57,303 nucleotides of DNA, taken from Prorocentrum cordatum. Lineage: Eukaryota. The notes under the pieces are model-generated. The model was given only the letters and a program-made list of their open reading frames with translations, made no database searches and was not told the origin of the DNA. Positions 1 through 12,346 of this stretch are shown one piece after another; positions within the stretch are counted from its first letter, which is position 1, and the number at the start of each line of letters is the position of its first letter. Position numbers and translations under genes: made by a program. The stretch spans positions 62,001 through 119,303 of the forward strand of contig CAUYUJ010000038.1 of assembly GCA_963575745.1 (NCBI GenBank). The letters are read 5' to 3'.

Positions 1-2595
1 TTCTCGCGTAGAGTGGCATTTTCGAAATCATATCGAATCATATGGGGCGTTGTCTCGAAGACGAAGGCCGTGCAGTACATGGGCGCTGCGTCGGAAACGG
101 AGGCTGTTGAGTAGAATGGCATGTTCAAGCTCGCATTGGGGAGGGGGCCCGTTGAGACGTGGGGGCTGCGCTGGAAACGAAGGCTGTGGAGTGCATGGGT
201 GCCGCGTTGAAAACGGAGGCTGTTGAATATAATGATATTATCAAGTTCACCTGGGGGAGGAAGTGACTGGGGCGTTGTTTGGGGGGGCGAACGCTATGGA
301 GTACCTGTGTGCTGCGTTGGATGCGGAGGCTGTCGGATAGAACGATAGTTTCAAGCTCATCTTGGGGAGGGGGCCAGTGGAATAAATGGCGCTGCGTTGG
401 GGGCGAATGCCGTGGAGTGCATGGGCGCTGTGTTGGAGACGAGGCTGCTGAGTATAATAATGTATTCAAACTCATCGCGGGGAGTGGCCCTGCTGACTAT
501 CGGGCGTTGTGTTGGAGACGAAGGCAGTCGAGTACATGGGTGCTGCGTTGGAGACGGAGGCTGTTCAATATAACCGTGTTGTGAAACTCGGATTGGGGAA
601 GGAGCCCGTTGATTATTGGGCATCGCTTTGGGGGCGAATGCTTTTGAATGCAAGGGGGTGCTGCGTTGGAAACGGAGGCTGTTGAGCGCAATGGCATTGT
701 CAAGTTCAGCTTGGGGAGGGAACCTGTTGAGTATTGGGTGGCGCGTTGGAGACGAAGGCTGTGAAGTACCTGGGCGCTGCGTTGGAGACATGGGCTGTTG
801 AGCAGAAGTCTGGCGTCGAGCTCATATTGGGCAGGGGGCGCGTTCAGTATTGGGCGTTGTGTTGGAGACGAAAGCCGCGGAGTGCCTGGGGGGTTGGATG
901 GATGCGGAGACTGGTGAGTATAATGGTAGGTTGAAGCTCATCTTGGGGAGGGTGCCTGTTCAATATTGGCCGTTGTATTGGAGAAGAAGGCTGTGGAGTG
1001 CCCGGGTGCTGCGTTGGAGACGGAGGCTGCTGAGTAGAAGGACATGTTCAAGTTCATCTTGGGGAGGGAGCCCGTTGGGCATTGGGCGTTGCGTTGGAGA
1101 CGAAAGCCGCGGAGTACATGGGGGCTCTGTTGGAGAGGGGGCCGTTGACTATAATGACATTTTCACGTTCATCTTGAGGAGGGATCACGTTGAGCATTGG
1201 GCGTTGTGTCGGAGACGATGGCCGTGGAGTGCATGGGTGCCGCGTTGGAAACGGAGGCGGTTGAGCAGAAGTATATGTTGAAACTCAAATTGGGGATGGG
1301 GGGCTGTTGAGTATTGGGCGTTGTGTTGGAGACGGGAGCTGTGGAGTGGAAGAGTATTTTCGAGTTCATATTGGGAAAGGAGCCCGTTGAGTATTGGGTT
1401 GTGTTCGAGACGAAGGCTGGAAAGTACTTGCGTGCTGCGTTGGAGACGGGGGCCGTCGAGTAGAATTACATGTTCAAGTTCATCTTGGGGAGGGGGCCTG
1501 TCGAGTATTGGGCGATTTCTTGGAGACGAAGGCCGTGGAGTACATGGGCGCTGCGTTGGAGACGGAAGCTGTCGAGTGTAATGATTTGTTCAAGCTCATG
1601 TTGGGGGGGGGGGGGCTGTTGCGTCATAGGTATTCTGTTGGCGACGGAGGCTGTGGAGTGCATGGGTTCTGCGTTGGAGACGGTGGCTGTCGATTAAAAG
1701 GAGATGTTTAAGTTAATGTTGGGGAGGGGTCCCGCTGTTCATTGCACGTTGCGTTGGAGACGAAGGCTGTAGAGCACATGGGCGCTGTGTTAGAGGCGGA
1801 GACGGTTGAGTCTAACAATATTATCAAGTTCATCATGGGGAGGGGGCCTGCTGACGATTGGGCGCTGCGTTGGGGCCGAAGGCTGCTAGGTACCTGGGTG
1901 CTGTGTTAAGTAAATGGAAGCTGTTGAGTAGAATTGCATTTTCAAGTTCAGATTGGGGAAGGAGCCTGTTGAGCATCGGGTGTTGTGTTGGAGACGAAGG
2001 CTGTGGAGTACCTGGGTGCTCTGTTGGAGACGGAGGTTGTTTAGTAGAAAGATATTTCTGGTTCAGATTGGGGAGGGAGCCAGTTGAGTATTGGGCGTTG
2101 TGTTGGATGCGAACGCTGTGGAGTACATGGGTGCTGTGTTGGAGACGGAGGCTGTCGACTACAATGATTTTTTCAAGATCATCTTGGAAAGGGGGCCTGT
2201 TGAGTATCGCGTGTTGTGTTGGAGACGAAGGCTGTGGACCACCTGGGTGATGCGTTGGAGACGGAAGCGGTTGATTTTCAAGTTCATATTGGGGAAGGAG
2301 CTTGTTGAGAATCCGGCGTTGCGTTGGAAACGAAGGCTGTTTAGTGCATGGGTGATGTGCTGGAGACGGAGGCTGTTGAGTAGAGTTATACGTTCAAGTT
2401 CATATTGGGGAGGGAGCCCGTGGAGAATCAGCTTCTGTGTTGGAGACGAAGGCTGTGGAGCACCTGGGTGTTGTGTTGGAGATGGAGGCTGTTGAATATT
2501 ATGAAATGTGAAAGCTCATCTTGGGGAAAGAGCCAGTTGAGTATTCGGTGCTGTGTTGGAGACGAAGGCGGTGGAGTACATGGGTGCTCTTGTAT
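1..2595. repeat. Degenerate tandem satellite, ~116-bp unit, about 22 copies, running off the left edge of the window
   Basis: The motif GTTGGAGACGAAGGCTGTG or a close variant recurs at about 745, 861, 977, 1093 and 1208 (115-116 bp spacing). Each unit also has a second GTTGGAGACGGAGGCTGT subrepeat and TTCAAGTTCATCTTGGGGAGG. Confidence 0.9.
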
Positions 2596-2654
2596 TGGTG
2601 TTGTACAGCTGCTCGATGGTCCACCAAAGACCTGCAAAAATGTTCATGGTGGGT

Positions 2655-3850
2655 TCAGCGGGCTATATGACCCGGTCGGGTCGGGTCGGGTCGGGCGGAC
2701 CCCCAAACGGGCGGTCGGGTCTGGCGGGCGAAGCAAGGTATGGCGCGCGATCGCGCCGACACGCGAAAACCTTTTTTCGGTCGTGTCGGGGCGGGCGGGC
2801 ACGCCCTTATGGGCGGGCGGATCGGGTCGGGCCGGGCGGACCCCGACGGGCGGTTCGGGCCCGGCGCCTCCTTCAGGCCCTCTCCTACTCCTCCTCCTTC
2901 GTCCTCAATCATCCTCCACCCTCTCCCTCCCCCTCTCCCCCGCTCTCTCCTGGTCCCGTCTCCGTGCACCTCCCTCGTCCTCCTTCGTCCTCCCTTCTCA
3001 TCCCTCCGTAATCCTCCGACCAAATTCACGGTTGTTTTCAACGTCGCCAGGGGGAGATGTCCGCAATCGCAAGGATGAATTGGACAACTGCGAAGAAGAT
3101 GCTCAACATCGCTAGGGTGGTTGTTGGGGGCGGCAATGGGGCCCAGTTGGCGATTTTCGGGATCCTTTGAGATATCGAAGGTTTCCGTTGCTGTCCCACT
3201 GTCAGATGCCCTGCGCGCTGCCACTGTCGTTATCGTTATCCTCAGCATCATCATGACCGTCATCGACATCGCAGTCGTCATCATCGCCATATTCATCATC
3301 GTCGTCGTCGTCATCATCATCATCATCATCTTCATCGTCGTCATCATCGTCATCATCGCCATCATCGCCATCATCGCCATCGCCATGATCATGTACATGT
3401 ACGGAATCATGTTTTTCGGGCTGGGCGGGCGGGGCAATACAATTGGACGCACGATCGAGTTGACACACGAGAACCCTAATGGGCCCGGTCGGGTCAGACG
3501 GGCGGCCCCCAATGGGCGGGCGGGTCAGGTCGGGCGGGCGCGCCAAGACGGGCGGGCCATGTCGAGCGGGCGAATCGTTAAAGTAGATGCCAGATCGAGT
3601 TGACACGCGAATCTTCATGGGTCGGGTCGGGTTGGGCGGGCGTGCCCTAAAGGGCGGGCGGGTCGGGCCAGGGGGGCGCGTCCCCAACGGGCGGGCGGGT
3701 CTGGCGGCTGGGACATTGAAGGGGGGGCGGATCGGGTCGGGCGGGCGGGCCCTAACGGGCGGTTCGGGTCGGGCGTTTCCTTGAGGCCTCCTCCTCCATC
3801 ACCCTCTAGCATCATCCACCCTCTGCCTCCCCCCCTCTCCCGCTCCTGGC
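2655..3850. repeat. Duplicated GGGC/GGGT-rich repeat (copies at ~2655-2960 and ~3420-3850) separated by an ATC/GTC microsatellite
   Basis: Both copies share GGGCGGATCGGGTCGGG...ACGGGCGGTTCGGG...CCTT(C/G)AGGCC...ATCATCC...CCACCCTCT. Confidence 0.75.
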
Positions 3851-4643
3851 CGAACTATTCGCCTGAGCATCGTTTCAGGATCGGCTGGTGCGAACACGGA
3901 TAGCATCAAGTCAAAAAGTGCTCGCGCAGCCCAGCCGGCGCTGCCATGGAGCTGAGTCTGCATTCCAGCCGACGCTGGAATCCGGGCGCGCGCGTGGACG
4001 GGGGGCATTTCACGAGCTCCAACCGCCGCAGACAACACAAATGACCCCGAATACGAACCAGATCTCCCCGAGGCCCTCCTGGCGACCTCGAAGCTTACCC
4101 GGGGGGCCCCCGGAAGGTTCTATCTAAAACGCTGTGGCGGAATGGGCAAGGCCACCAGAGAAGGTAATCGTTGCCGTCGTGATGATCGTTTTCTTCTCTC
4201 TCTTCCACTTCCTTCTCCCCGTCCTGTTAATCCTCCCCTCCTCGTCGACATCGCGAGCATCATCATCGTCATCGCCGCCATCACCATCATCGCCGTCGCC
4301 GTCATCATCAACGTCATCGATCTCATCATCATCATCATCATCGCCGTCGTTGTCGCCATCGTCGTCGTCATCATCGTCGTCATCGTCATGGGCATATTCC
4401 TGTGCATATGCCATTCGAACAGCATAATCATCGTAATTTCAATGTCCACCATCATCGCAAGCAGCCTAACAAGCGTGATAATCGCAATCATCATCGACAT
4501 CGCTGGCATTGCTGTCATCGTCGCCGTCGTCGCCGCAGCCGTTTCTCCGTCAGTCGCGCCTCGCCTGTGTTGTTCAGCAGCGATCCTATAGAGATCGCGC
4601 CTTGGTTCTCGTTTCGCGAAGCTTACGAGGCACCAGTTCAGTC

Positions 4644-5732
4644 ATGCCGCAGCGCGGAGAGGCCGCGCGCGTGGAGCCCCCCTCCGAGGACGATATTCTA
4701 CATGCGTTTCGGGTCGCCCCAAAGCTGAACTTTGAGACTGCGGTGGACAAGCTGCCCAACGTGGCGCGCATGTCGAAATTGCTGGCGGACGCGATGCTCG
4801 TTTGCTGGGAATGGGCATTCCTTGCGCTGCTGAGTCTGGCCTCGGCCCTGGTTCCCGGCGACCGATTCGAACTGGCGCCATCGGTGTCAGCGCAGTCTTC
4901 CACGTGTGTCGTTCTCCTCCACCCTGGTGCGACTAACACCTCCAGCGTGATCAAGGTGGTCTCCAAGGCGGCGGCCCTGTTGACCGACCTGATCTTCCAG
5001 AAAGAAGATGCGGAGGTCAAGGGGCAGGCCAGGCGAGATAACCAAGAAGAAGATCCTACTGCCCAGGTCAAGTACACGCACCCCCCCCGTCGCCAACTCC
5101 TGGCGGGTGGTGGATCTGCCGCGGCAACCGGGATGCAGATGAGCTGCTCTCAGAACCGCTCGGCAGCGCTGTCTGCCGAGCCCGAGGTGGACCAGATACT
5201 CTCGCGGTTCTCGGCAGAAGGCGGCGTCGACGGAGGCGTAGTTGCTAAACTGTGGGATGGGCTGACATGGCACAGGCCAGTGATGGAGAAGCGGCGGGCT
5301 TTCGAGGTGAAGGGCCCGTGGCGGGGGTTCATTGCTGGCGGCCACGTCCCAGAGCTCCACAAGGCAATCGTCAACGACCACTTCGGCTTTCGGCAGCGCG
5401 TCACCGTCTGCTACGGCGAACCATCATGGACCCCGAACACTCTCCGGTCGATACGTTCTGCGTGCTACGCCTTGCCAGCATCGACGAGCAAGCCGGAAGA
5501 TTGTGTCGCGTATCTGCTGTGGCCGCTCTTCCGCCACAGCGTTGGCGTCGGACCCGCCGCGCGTGCCGCATCGACCGAGGAGGACGACGGACCGTTCTGC
5601 ATCGTGGAGAAGAACTTCAACGCCCACTGCGCCATGCAGCAAGACTCTTTCCTGAAGCCAGGGCTCCACGACGAGGCGAAACACCATGGCAAGATGCGGT
5701 GCAAGTTCGACCGGATGACGTTGGCGTTGCAC
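4644..5732 (+). CDS. DUF3987/YfjI-like P-loop ATPase/helicase-type protein, segment (exon) 1
   Basis: ATG at 4644. The motif order resembles DUF3987: VVLLHPGATNTS (Walker-A position, degenerate), ALSAEPE (Walker-B position), KLWDGLTWHR, PWRGFIAGGHVPEL, FGFRQRV (arginine-finger-like), KFDRMTLALH. Protein-like sequence fades after LH. The 3' boundary is inferred. Confidence 0.6.
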
Positions 5733-5973
5733 GTGGATGGCTTAGCATCGGCCATATCAAATGCGATTCTTGATTTCTCTGGAGAAGTTCCACCCCTGCC
5801 ACTTCCCTCCCGTTCGAAAAAACGATCTTGCGGGATCCCACCGTTGGTGTAGTACCTCGCTCTCTTGATCGCTGGTTTCCCGATGATCGGTTCCGAGAGC
5901 CCGATGGCATTTGCAAGGCAGCTTTGATTGCGCATGCGCGCGTCGCGGGGCCCATGCGCGCGAGGGGAGCTGA

Positions 5974-6009
<36 letters not shown>

Positions 6010-6134
6010 TAGAAACGTGGACAATAAACAAGTTGCACGCACGTGCCCAGGCTTATACGAAAAGCTGCGGATCGGGGACCCAACAGCAGGATCGACAAGT
6101 TGAATCGAAAGCCGAGGACCGAGGAGGAGGACGA

Positions 6135-6206
6135 CGATGACGACGACAACGACGATGGCGACGATTGCGACGACGGCGACGACGACGACGGTGACGACGG
6201 TGACAG

Positions 6207-6243
<37 letters not shown>

Positions 6244-6267
6244 TACGACGACGACGACGACGACGAA

Positions 6268-6330
<63 letters not shown>

Positions 6331-6355
6331 CACCACCACGACCACGACCACGGCC

Positions 6356-6388
<33 letters not shown>
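6135..6388. repeat. (GAC)n microsatellite
   Basis: Long GAC run with GGC/CAC variants. Confidence 0.95.
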
Positions 6389-6389
<1 letters not shown>

Positions 6390-6525
6390 CCGCGACTGCC
6401 TGCGCGCCCCAGCCCGAGGGCAGCGCCAAATGCGGCGCTGGCCCCGTGCGGAGGCGCGCCGGCACTGCGGCGCCCCGTGCGCATGGCGCCGACGGTGAAA
6501 GGTTTCTCCAGAGGTCTCGGAGCAG

Positions 6526-6922
6526 GGACCCTGACGTCGCGATCTGCGTCAGGGGTGCCACCGATTTTCAGAGGTCTGCGGGTGTCCCTAGCGAAACAGC
6601 TAGAAACAACGCGAACAGGACGGCTTCAATTAATCGCCTCTGAGCTCTACTCCTTCGGAGAGATGCGTATGATCATACATTGAAAACCGTTGTGTTTCGG
6701 GGGATCGCTATAACAAAACCCTTGGAATCAAACTGCATTTTGGGAGGTTGTTTTTTAAAGCGTTGAACGTCCTATGTGGTTTTGGACCCTGACGTCGCAA
6801 TCAGCGTGAGGGGTGCCACACATGTTCTGAATTTCTGAGGATGTCCCTAGCGAAACGCCCAGAAACAAATTGCGAACGGGACAGCTTCAACTAATCGCCT
6901 CTGATCTCTACTCCCTCGGAGA
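6526..6922. repeat. Diverged ~135-bp direct duplication (6526-6661 and 6785-6922)
   Basis: GGACCCTGACGTCGC...GGGGTGCCAC...GTCCCTAGCGAAAC...TAATCGCCTCTGA(G/T)CTCTACTCC occurs twice. Confidence 0.85.
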
Positions 6923-8356
6923 AGTGTGTACGATAGTATCCCAGCAAATCACCGTGATGGTAACATCAGTGACAAGGGAATGATAACCACTTTCCCCTCC
7001 TCCTCCTCCTCCTCCTCCTCCTCCTCCTCCTCCTCCTCCTCCGGCTCCTCCGTTTCAACCTCCTCCTTATTCAATCCTCCTGCAAGTATCCTCCCTCCTC
7101 CGCTTCCGCCTCCTCGTAATCCTACTCTTTCCCCTCCACCTCCAACTCCTCGTCCGTCCCCCATTGTTCTCCTCCTCGTCCTCCGCTGCCACCCTCCTTC
7201 TCGTCCTCCACCCAATTTCACTCCTCCTCCTCATCCAGGTCATCCCTTTCCTGCTCCCCCTGCTCCTGATCCTCCTCCTCCTCCTCCTCCTCCTCCTCCT
7301 GCTCCTGCAGTTCGTCTCACCAAGCCTTGTGTACAGCATTTCACTAGTGACCATGCGAGGTCAAACTGGAACAGAGCGTTCCAGAGGAAGCACCCCGACC
7401 CCGCCAAAGGCGAGGGAAAGATGCTAGACGAGTTGCTCCCTTTAGCCGACCTGCTGGGGCATAGGGACCAAGAACAACGGTCCAGCAACTCCAGCCACGC
7501 GGTGGCTGTGACAGAGACATGACAATCCTTTCCAACTCCCCCTTCCCCGCCTCTTCCCCCCTCCTCCCGATCGCATTTCTTCCACAGCGCCAGTTTTGCG
7601 CTAGTCGTGTCTGGACGTGGCGGTCGGGAATGGGTTGGGCAAGGGGCAGTCTGGGGGGACAATTTCGTTAACACAGCTGGCGCGGCGGAAGCGTGTTTGA
7701 AAGAGAAGACATCCCCAAATGGGTGTCCAATTCGGACTCGGCCCCCGAGTCGGCCGGAGTCAAAACTGTGCACGAGTCTTCGCCCCCCGAGGGTGGACGC
7801 CGGCGCGTCGCCCTATTTGGGGGATGCCAGCCCGTCGATGTATTCCAGGGCTGGGTCGAAGACGCTCGCAATGCAGAGTTCTATGCGGAGCGATTTCTTT
7901 CCCTCCGTCCCCCCCTCCCTCCTCATTCCACACCCCCCCCTTCCGCCTCCAATCTTGTTTATGGCGCCAGGCTGGCGCAGCTGCCGGAGAGAAGACGGGG
8001 ATGGGCATGGGACATAACAGGGCAGATATGGGGGACAATTTCGTTAACAAGCCAAGCAGCAGGCCAGAAAAAGGGCCACGCTTTGTCGCGGCCGCTTTGC
8101 TGCAGTTTATCAGTCGGGGGGAAACCCGGTCTTAAGTAACATGTTTGTCCCAATATGGAGTCACGAAATTTTGTCAAGTTTCACTGGGGTGGAAGTTTCT
8201 ATTCCATATATAACCCGCGGGCAGTCGGACTCGCTTGCCACGAAGAGCAAATCCAAATCCTCCTCGCGCTCCTCCTCCTCCTCCTGCTCCTCCTACTCTC
8301 TTTCTCCACCTCCTCCTCCCCCCCTTCCTCCTCCTCTTCCTCCTCTTCCGCCTCCC

Positions 8357-8398
<42 letters not shown>

Positions 8399-9137
8399 GA
8401 GCAGCTGCGCACCTGGCGCTGCGAGGCCCCCGGGGGGATGATCTGGTTTCGAGGGGGGAATGTCTGCGGGGGGGCAGGATTTGTCCGCTTGATTTCGGTC
8501 GTAACGGTCTGGTCCGTGAAGGGCCGATCGAATATCCATCCCTCTCCTCCTCCTCCTCCTCCTCCTCCTCCTCCTTTACCCCCTTCCGCTCAGCCCTTTC
8601 CGCCTGAGGGCCAAGTTCGTCAACTTTCGCTTCCGTCGTCCTCTTCCGGGCCCTCCTGCTCTTCCTCTTCCTTCTCACATCGTCCTCGTCCTCCATGCCC
8701 CCCCCCTCCTCCTGTAAAGAAAGCAGGAGCTCTTTCACAGGCAGCGAACATCAGTCTGGAGCCCAAAGGCCCACGGTCAAACAACAGTCCTTGCGTAAAA
8801 ATGCCCAGGCACACTTTTGCATAAAAGTGTCTGGGCTCCTCGGGGTCCGGGGCAAGGTGCAATTTGCACCTCCTTCTCCGCATCCTCCTCCTCCTCCTCC
8901 GCCTCCGCTTCCGCATCCACATCATCATTCTCCTCTTGCTCCATGTTCCTCCTCCCTCGTCTCCCCCATGGTCCACCTCCCCTTTCTCATCTTCACTCTC
9001 ATCCTCCTCCTTCCACCCACGGGCGCGTGGAAACTGGCCTGAGGCACCTTGCGCGCTCGCGCGCGGGCGGGCGGATCGATCAGTGCGAGCGTCTGTCGCC
9101 CTGCCTTCATTGAACCGAGTTCAGGATGGCAACTGAG

Positions 9138-10388
9138 GCGCTCAGTTCGGCGCGCGACGCCTGGGCGGAGGCCTCGATCGACAGGCCCGGGCAGCCCCCA
9201 CTGACCCTGGACTCGAACTGGGGCGACGGCTTCTCGTTGCCCACGGACGTGCCGAAGGAAGTAGTCGAATTCTCGCACTGGTTCGGGGATCACTGCGAGA
9301 CGCAATGGCGCCTATTCGACTTCGGACGTAAAGGGCACTACCTTCCAGAAGAGCAGGACCTTTCCGCGCCAACCCAGCCGCCGAGTGCAGCGAGGGCACG
9401 CCAGGCAGGTGACGCGGCCGCGGGGAGCGCCCTGCCTGCACGGGGCGGGCCCCGAGCGGGCGGTGGGCAAGCAACGGCCCCTGAGAACGCAATCGTGGTG
9501 CTGTTGCGCCGCGAGGGCGCGGAGAATCGCGAGCACGCGCTCCTGGCGAAGGACTTCCAGAGCATGTTCCGAGGCAGCCCCAAGATCGGCGACAACCTCA
9601 TCACAGATGCACTTGACGCACTCCCTGTCGGGGGGGTGACCGCGACGTTGGTGCAGCAATGCGCAAAAGTCGCCCTCGCCTCTCCGGGCATGCGGTTCCG
9701 GTACCACAGCGACATGTCGACCGCCACCAAGAAGGCCCTGCGGAAGATCACGCAGGAGACGTGCGAAGACAAGACGCCAATCGTGGTTTTCTTGGCTCGC
9801 TTGGCCTTGCAAGTCCTCGGGCTGGGCCATGTCTTGCTCTCCCAGGTCGTTTGCGGCGGGGGGCGATACTCCTGGTTCTTCCAGAAGCACATCGTTCTCG
9901 AGTCCATGACGCCAATGCTCCGCCAATTCGGGTTCACCGAATCGTCGCAGCCAAGCCGCGCTTCATATGCGGCCTCGGTGCAGGCAAAGGCTCGGGAAAC
10001 AGACGTGCCAGCCAGGGCGCCCAGCAACGTCCCATACAGTGCCCCGTCATTGGGCCACATCCGCCGAGCCATCGCCGTGTTTGGCTGGGTCAATGTGGAC
10101 GGCCTTGTGCCAGCGCCTTCTCACGGGGGCGAAGCAGCCGCGTCTCCGCCAGTCGCTGGCCCCCAACAAGATGGTCCCGCCGCCGCTTTGCCCGAAGCCC
10201 GCGCTGCTGAAACTGCGGCCGAACGGCAGAGTCCGCCCGGCGGTGACGACGAAGATGAGGAACCTCCTGCGCCCATGGAGGTCGACGGCGAGGACGAGGA
10301 GGCTGCGGGTTCTGCAGGCGAGGAGCCGCGTCGTGAAGGAGCTCCCGAGGAGGACGACGACGAGGATGATGAAGGGTTTGGCAAGTGA
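9138..10388 (+). CDS. Probable segment (exon) 2 of the DUF3987-like gene: end of the helical lid, winged-helix-like region and acidic tail
   Basis: Lies in the 420-aa ORF 9126-10388. DVPKEVVEFSHWFGDHCETQ fits the helix expected after the LH motif. LQVLGLGHV...GGRYSWFFQK is winged-helix-like. A GT..AG join (5732/9138) gives an open 779-aa frame. The junction is uncertain. Confidence 0.5.
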   Translation, partial: ALSSARDAWAEASIDRPGQPPLTLDSNWGDGFSLPTDVPKEVVEFSHWFGDHCETQWRLFDFGRKGHYLPEEQDLSAPTQPPSAARARQAGDAAAGSALPARGGPRAGGGQATAPENAIVVLLRREGAENREHALLAKDFQSMFRGSPKIGDNLITDALDALPVGGVTATLVQQCAKVALASPGMRFRYHSDMSTATKKALRKITQETCEDKTPIVVFLARLALQVLGLGHVLLSQVVCGGGRYSWFFQKHIVLESMTPMLRQFGFTESSQPSRASYAASVQAKARETDVPARAPSNVPYSAPSLGHIRRAIAVFGWVNVDGLVPAPSHGGEAAASPPVAGPQQDGPAAALPEARAAETAAERQSPPGGDDEDEEPPAPMEVDGEDEEAAGSAGEEPRREGAPEEDDDEDDEGFGK

Positions 10389-10781
10389 AGCGCGTCCTGG
10401 GTGCTGAACTCGGCCATTTTGGCCCTGGCCCCCCGTCCACGCTGTTGCTGACATCAGCCCAGCAGGTGGTTGATCGACTATTGGAGAGGCCTTGCGGCCG
10501 GTGCCGCCGACCCTGAACGATGACAAGGGGCGAGGCAAAGGAGGGGGAGGAGGAGGAGGAGGAGGAGGTGGATCAAGATGAGGAGGAAGAGGAGGACGAG
10601 GCGGGGGGAAAGAGGGTAACAATGATGATGATGGTGATGATGGTGATGATGGTGATGCCGATGATGATGATGTTGATGATGATGATGAGGAGGAGGAGGA
10701 GGATGAAGATGAATATGAAGATGAAGATGAAGATGATGGGGGGGGGGAGGAGGACGACGACGACGGAGACGACGGAGACGA

Positions 10782-10886
<105 letters not shown>

Positions 10887-10924
10887 GGACGATGCTGACG
10901 TGGGTGAGAATCCTCAGGGATGCT

Positions 10925-11772
10925 TATTGGGGTTTCTTCGGAGCGCTCTCGGGGGCCTGTTGGGGGCTTCTTGGGGGCTCTTGGGAGCCTCTTGGGGGCC
11001 TCTTGGGGGTCTCGTGGTGGCCTCTCGGGGCTCTCTGGGAGCTTCTGACGCCGAGGGCTCGTCGGGCCCCTCGTGTGGGCACCCTGTTGGATCCGTTTTG
11101 TAAGCCTCCGGGGCCATCTTGGAAGCCTCTTGGGGCCGTCTTGGGTCGTTGTGGGGTCATCTTGGAGGCCTCTCGGGCGATCCAGGGATAATGTTGGGAA
11201 CTTCTCGAGCCGTCTTGGAACGTCGGGAAGCCGAACAGGCGAGACCGCCCAAATCTTTCCAAACAAATGGAAAATCAATGAGGTTTGCCTCTTGGCGCCT
11301 TCTTGGGAGTGCTCTTGGAGGCCTTGGGGCGTCTTGGATACCTCTTGCGCCGTGTGGAGGCTACTTTGGCGTCTTCGACCGATCCTTCAACGAGTCGGGG
11401 CCTTCTTGGGCCGTCTTGGAACTCTTGGGGCACTCTTGACTCGTCTTGGAGTTTTTGTAGGCCCCGGGACTTCCCGGGGGGGATGGGTATCTGGATGGCG
11501 ACCCCCCCCGGGACCCTTCCCCGAGACACCCCCCTGGACCTCCCCCCCGGCCGGGAAGGGATCAAAGGGAAGGGGCTCCCCCTCGACTCCACTGCGACGT
11601 TGCTCAATTTCGCTTTGGCTGGCGCGCTGGGGGAGCAAGGCCCAGGGAAGGGGGGCGGGGGGCGACGGAGACGACGAGAGACGACCGAGACGACGACGGG
11701 GGCGACGAGGAGACGACGGAGACGACGACTCGAACGGAAAAGCCCCTCACGCACGCCGACAGGGTCGGCGGA
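10925..11772 (+). repeat. Dispersed repeat with a GGGGCCTCTTGG-rich body, ending in the hairpin CGCCGAC-AGG-GTCGGCG
   Basis: The 3' part matches 45270-45502. The body resembles the reverse complement of CCAAGA-rich tracts at ~17810-18010, ~19895-20040, ~56330-56490 and ~57040-57210. Confidence 0.65.
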
Positions 11773-12047
11773 TTTTTCGTCCCTCGTATTATCTCCTCCC
11801 CTCGCCTCCGCCCCTCTCCCCTTGGCGCCTCTCCGGGCGCTCTTCTCTGCGCGTCGATTGTCTATCATGTATTCTCGTTTCCTCGCCCTCTCTCCTCGTG
11901 AGTTCCTCTTCGCGTATCTGCGCTTACCGTCCCATCCAATCCTACTCCTCTCTCCCACTCCCTCTTCCCGCGTGGCGGAATCTGGAAGCCTTCAGTCTGG
12001 CTGTCAGTTGGCTTGCGGCTTTGCGCCTGGCGCCTCCTCTCTTCCCC

Positions 12048-12200
12048 CACACACGCACGCACACGCACGCACATGCCTTCACGCGCGCACGCACGCACGC
12101 GCGCGCGCACGCACGCACGCACGCACACACGCACACACACACGCACACACACACACACGCACGCACGCACGCACGCACGCGCGCACGCACGCACGCACGC

Positions 12201-12233
<33 letters not shown>

Positions 12234-12346
12234 CGGACGCACACGCACACACACACACACACGCACGCGCACGCACGCACGCACGCACGCACGCGCATAC
12301 ACGCCCATACACACATACCCCCGCACACACACACACACACACACAC
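12048..12346. repeat. (CACG)n/(CA)n compound microsatellite
   Basis: Directly visible. Confidence 0.95.

Noticed and set aside
125..2637. Numerous ORFs in the left satellite
   Set aside because: The 116-bp period is not a multiple of three and the frames are repeatedly broken.
10413..10423. SL relic GCCATTTTGGC (also at ~12787)
   Set aside because: Only 11 nt match, downstream of a stop codon with no following CDS; insufficient evidence.
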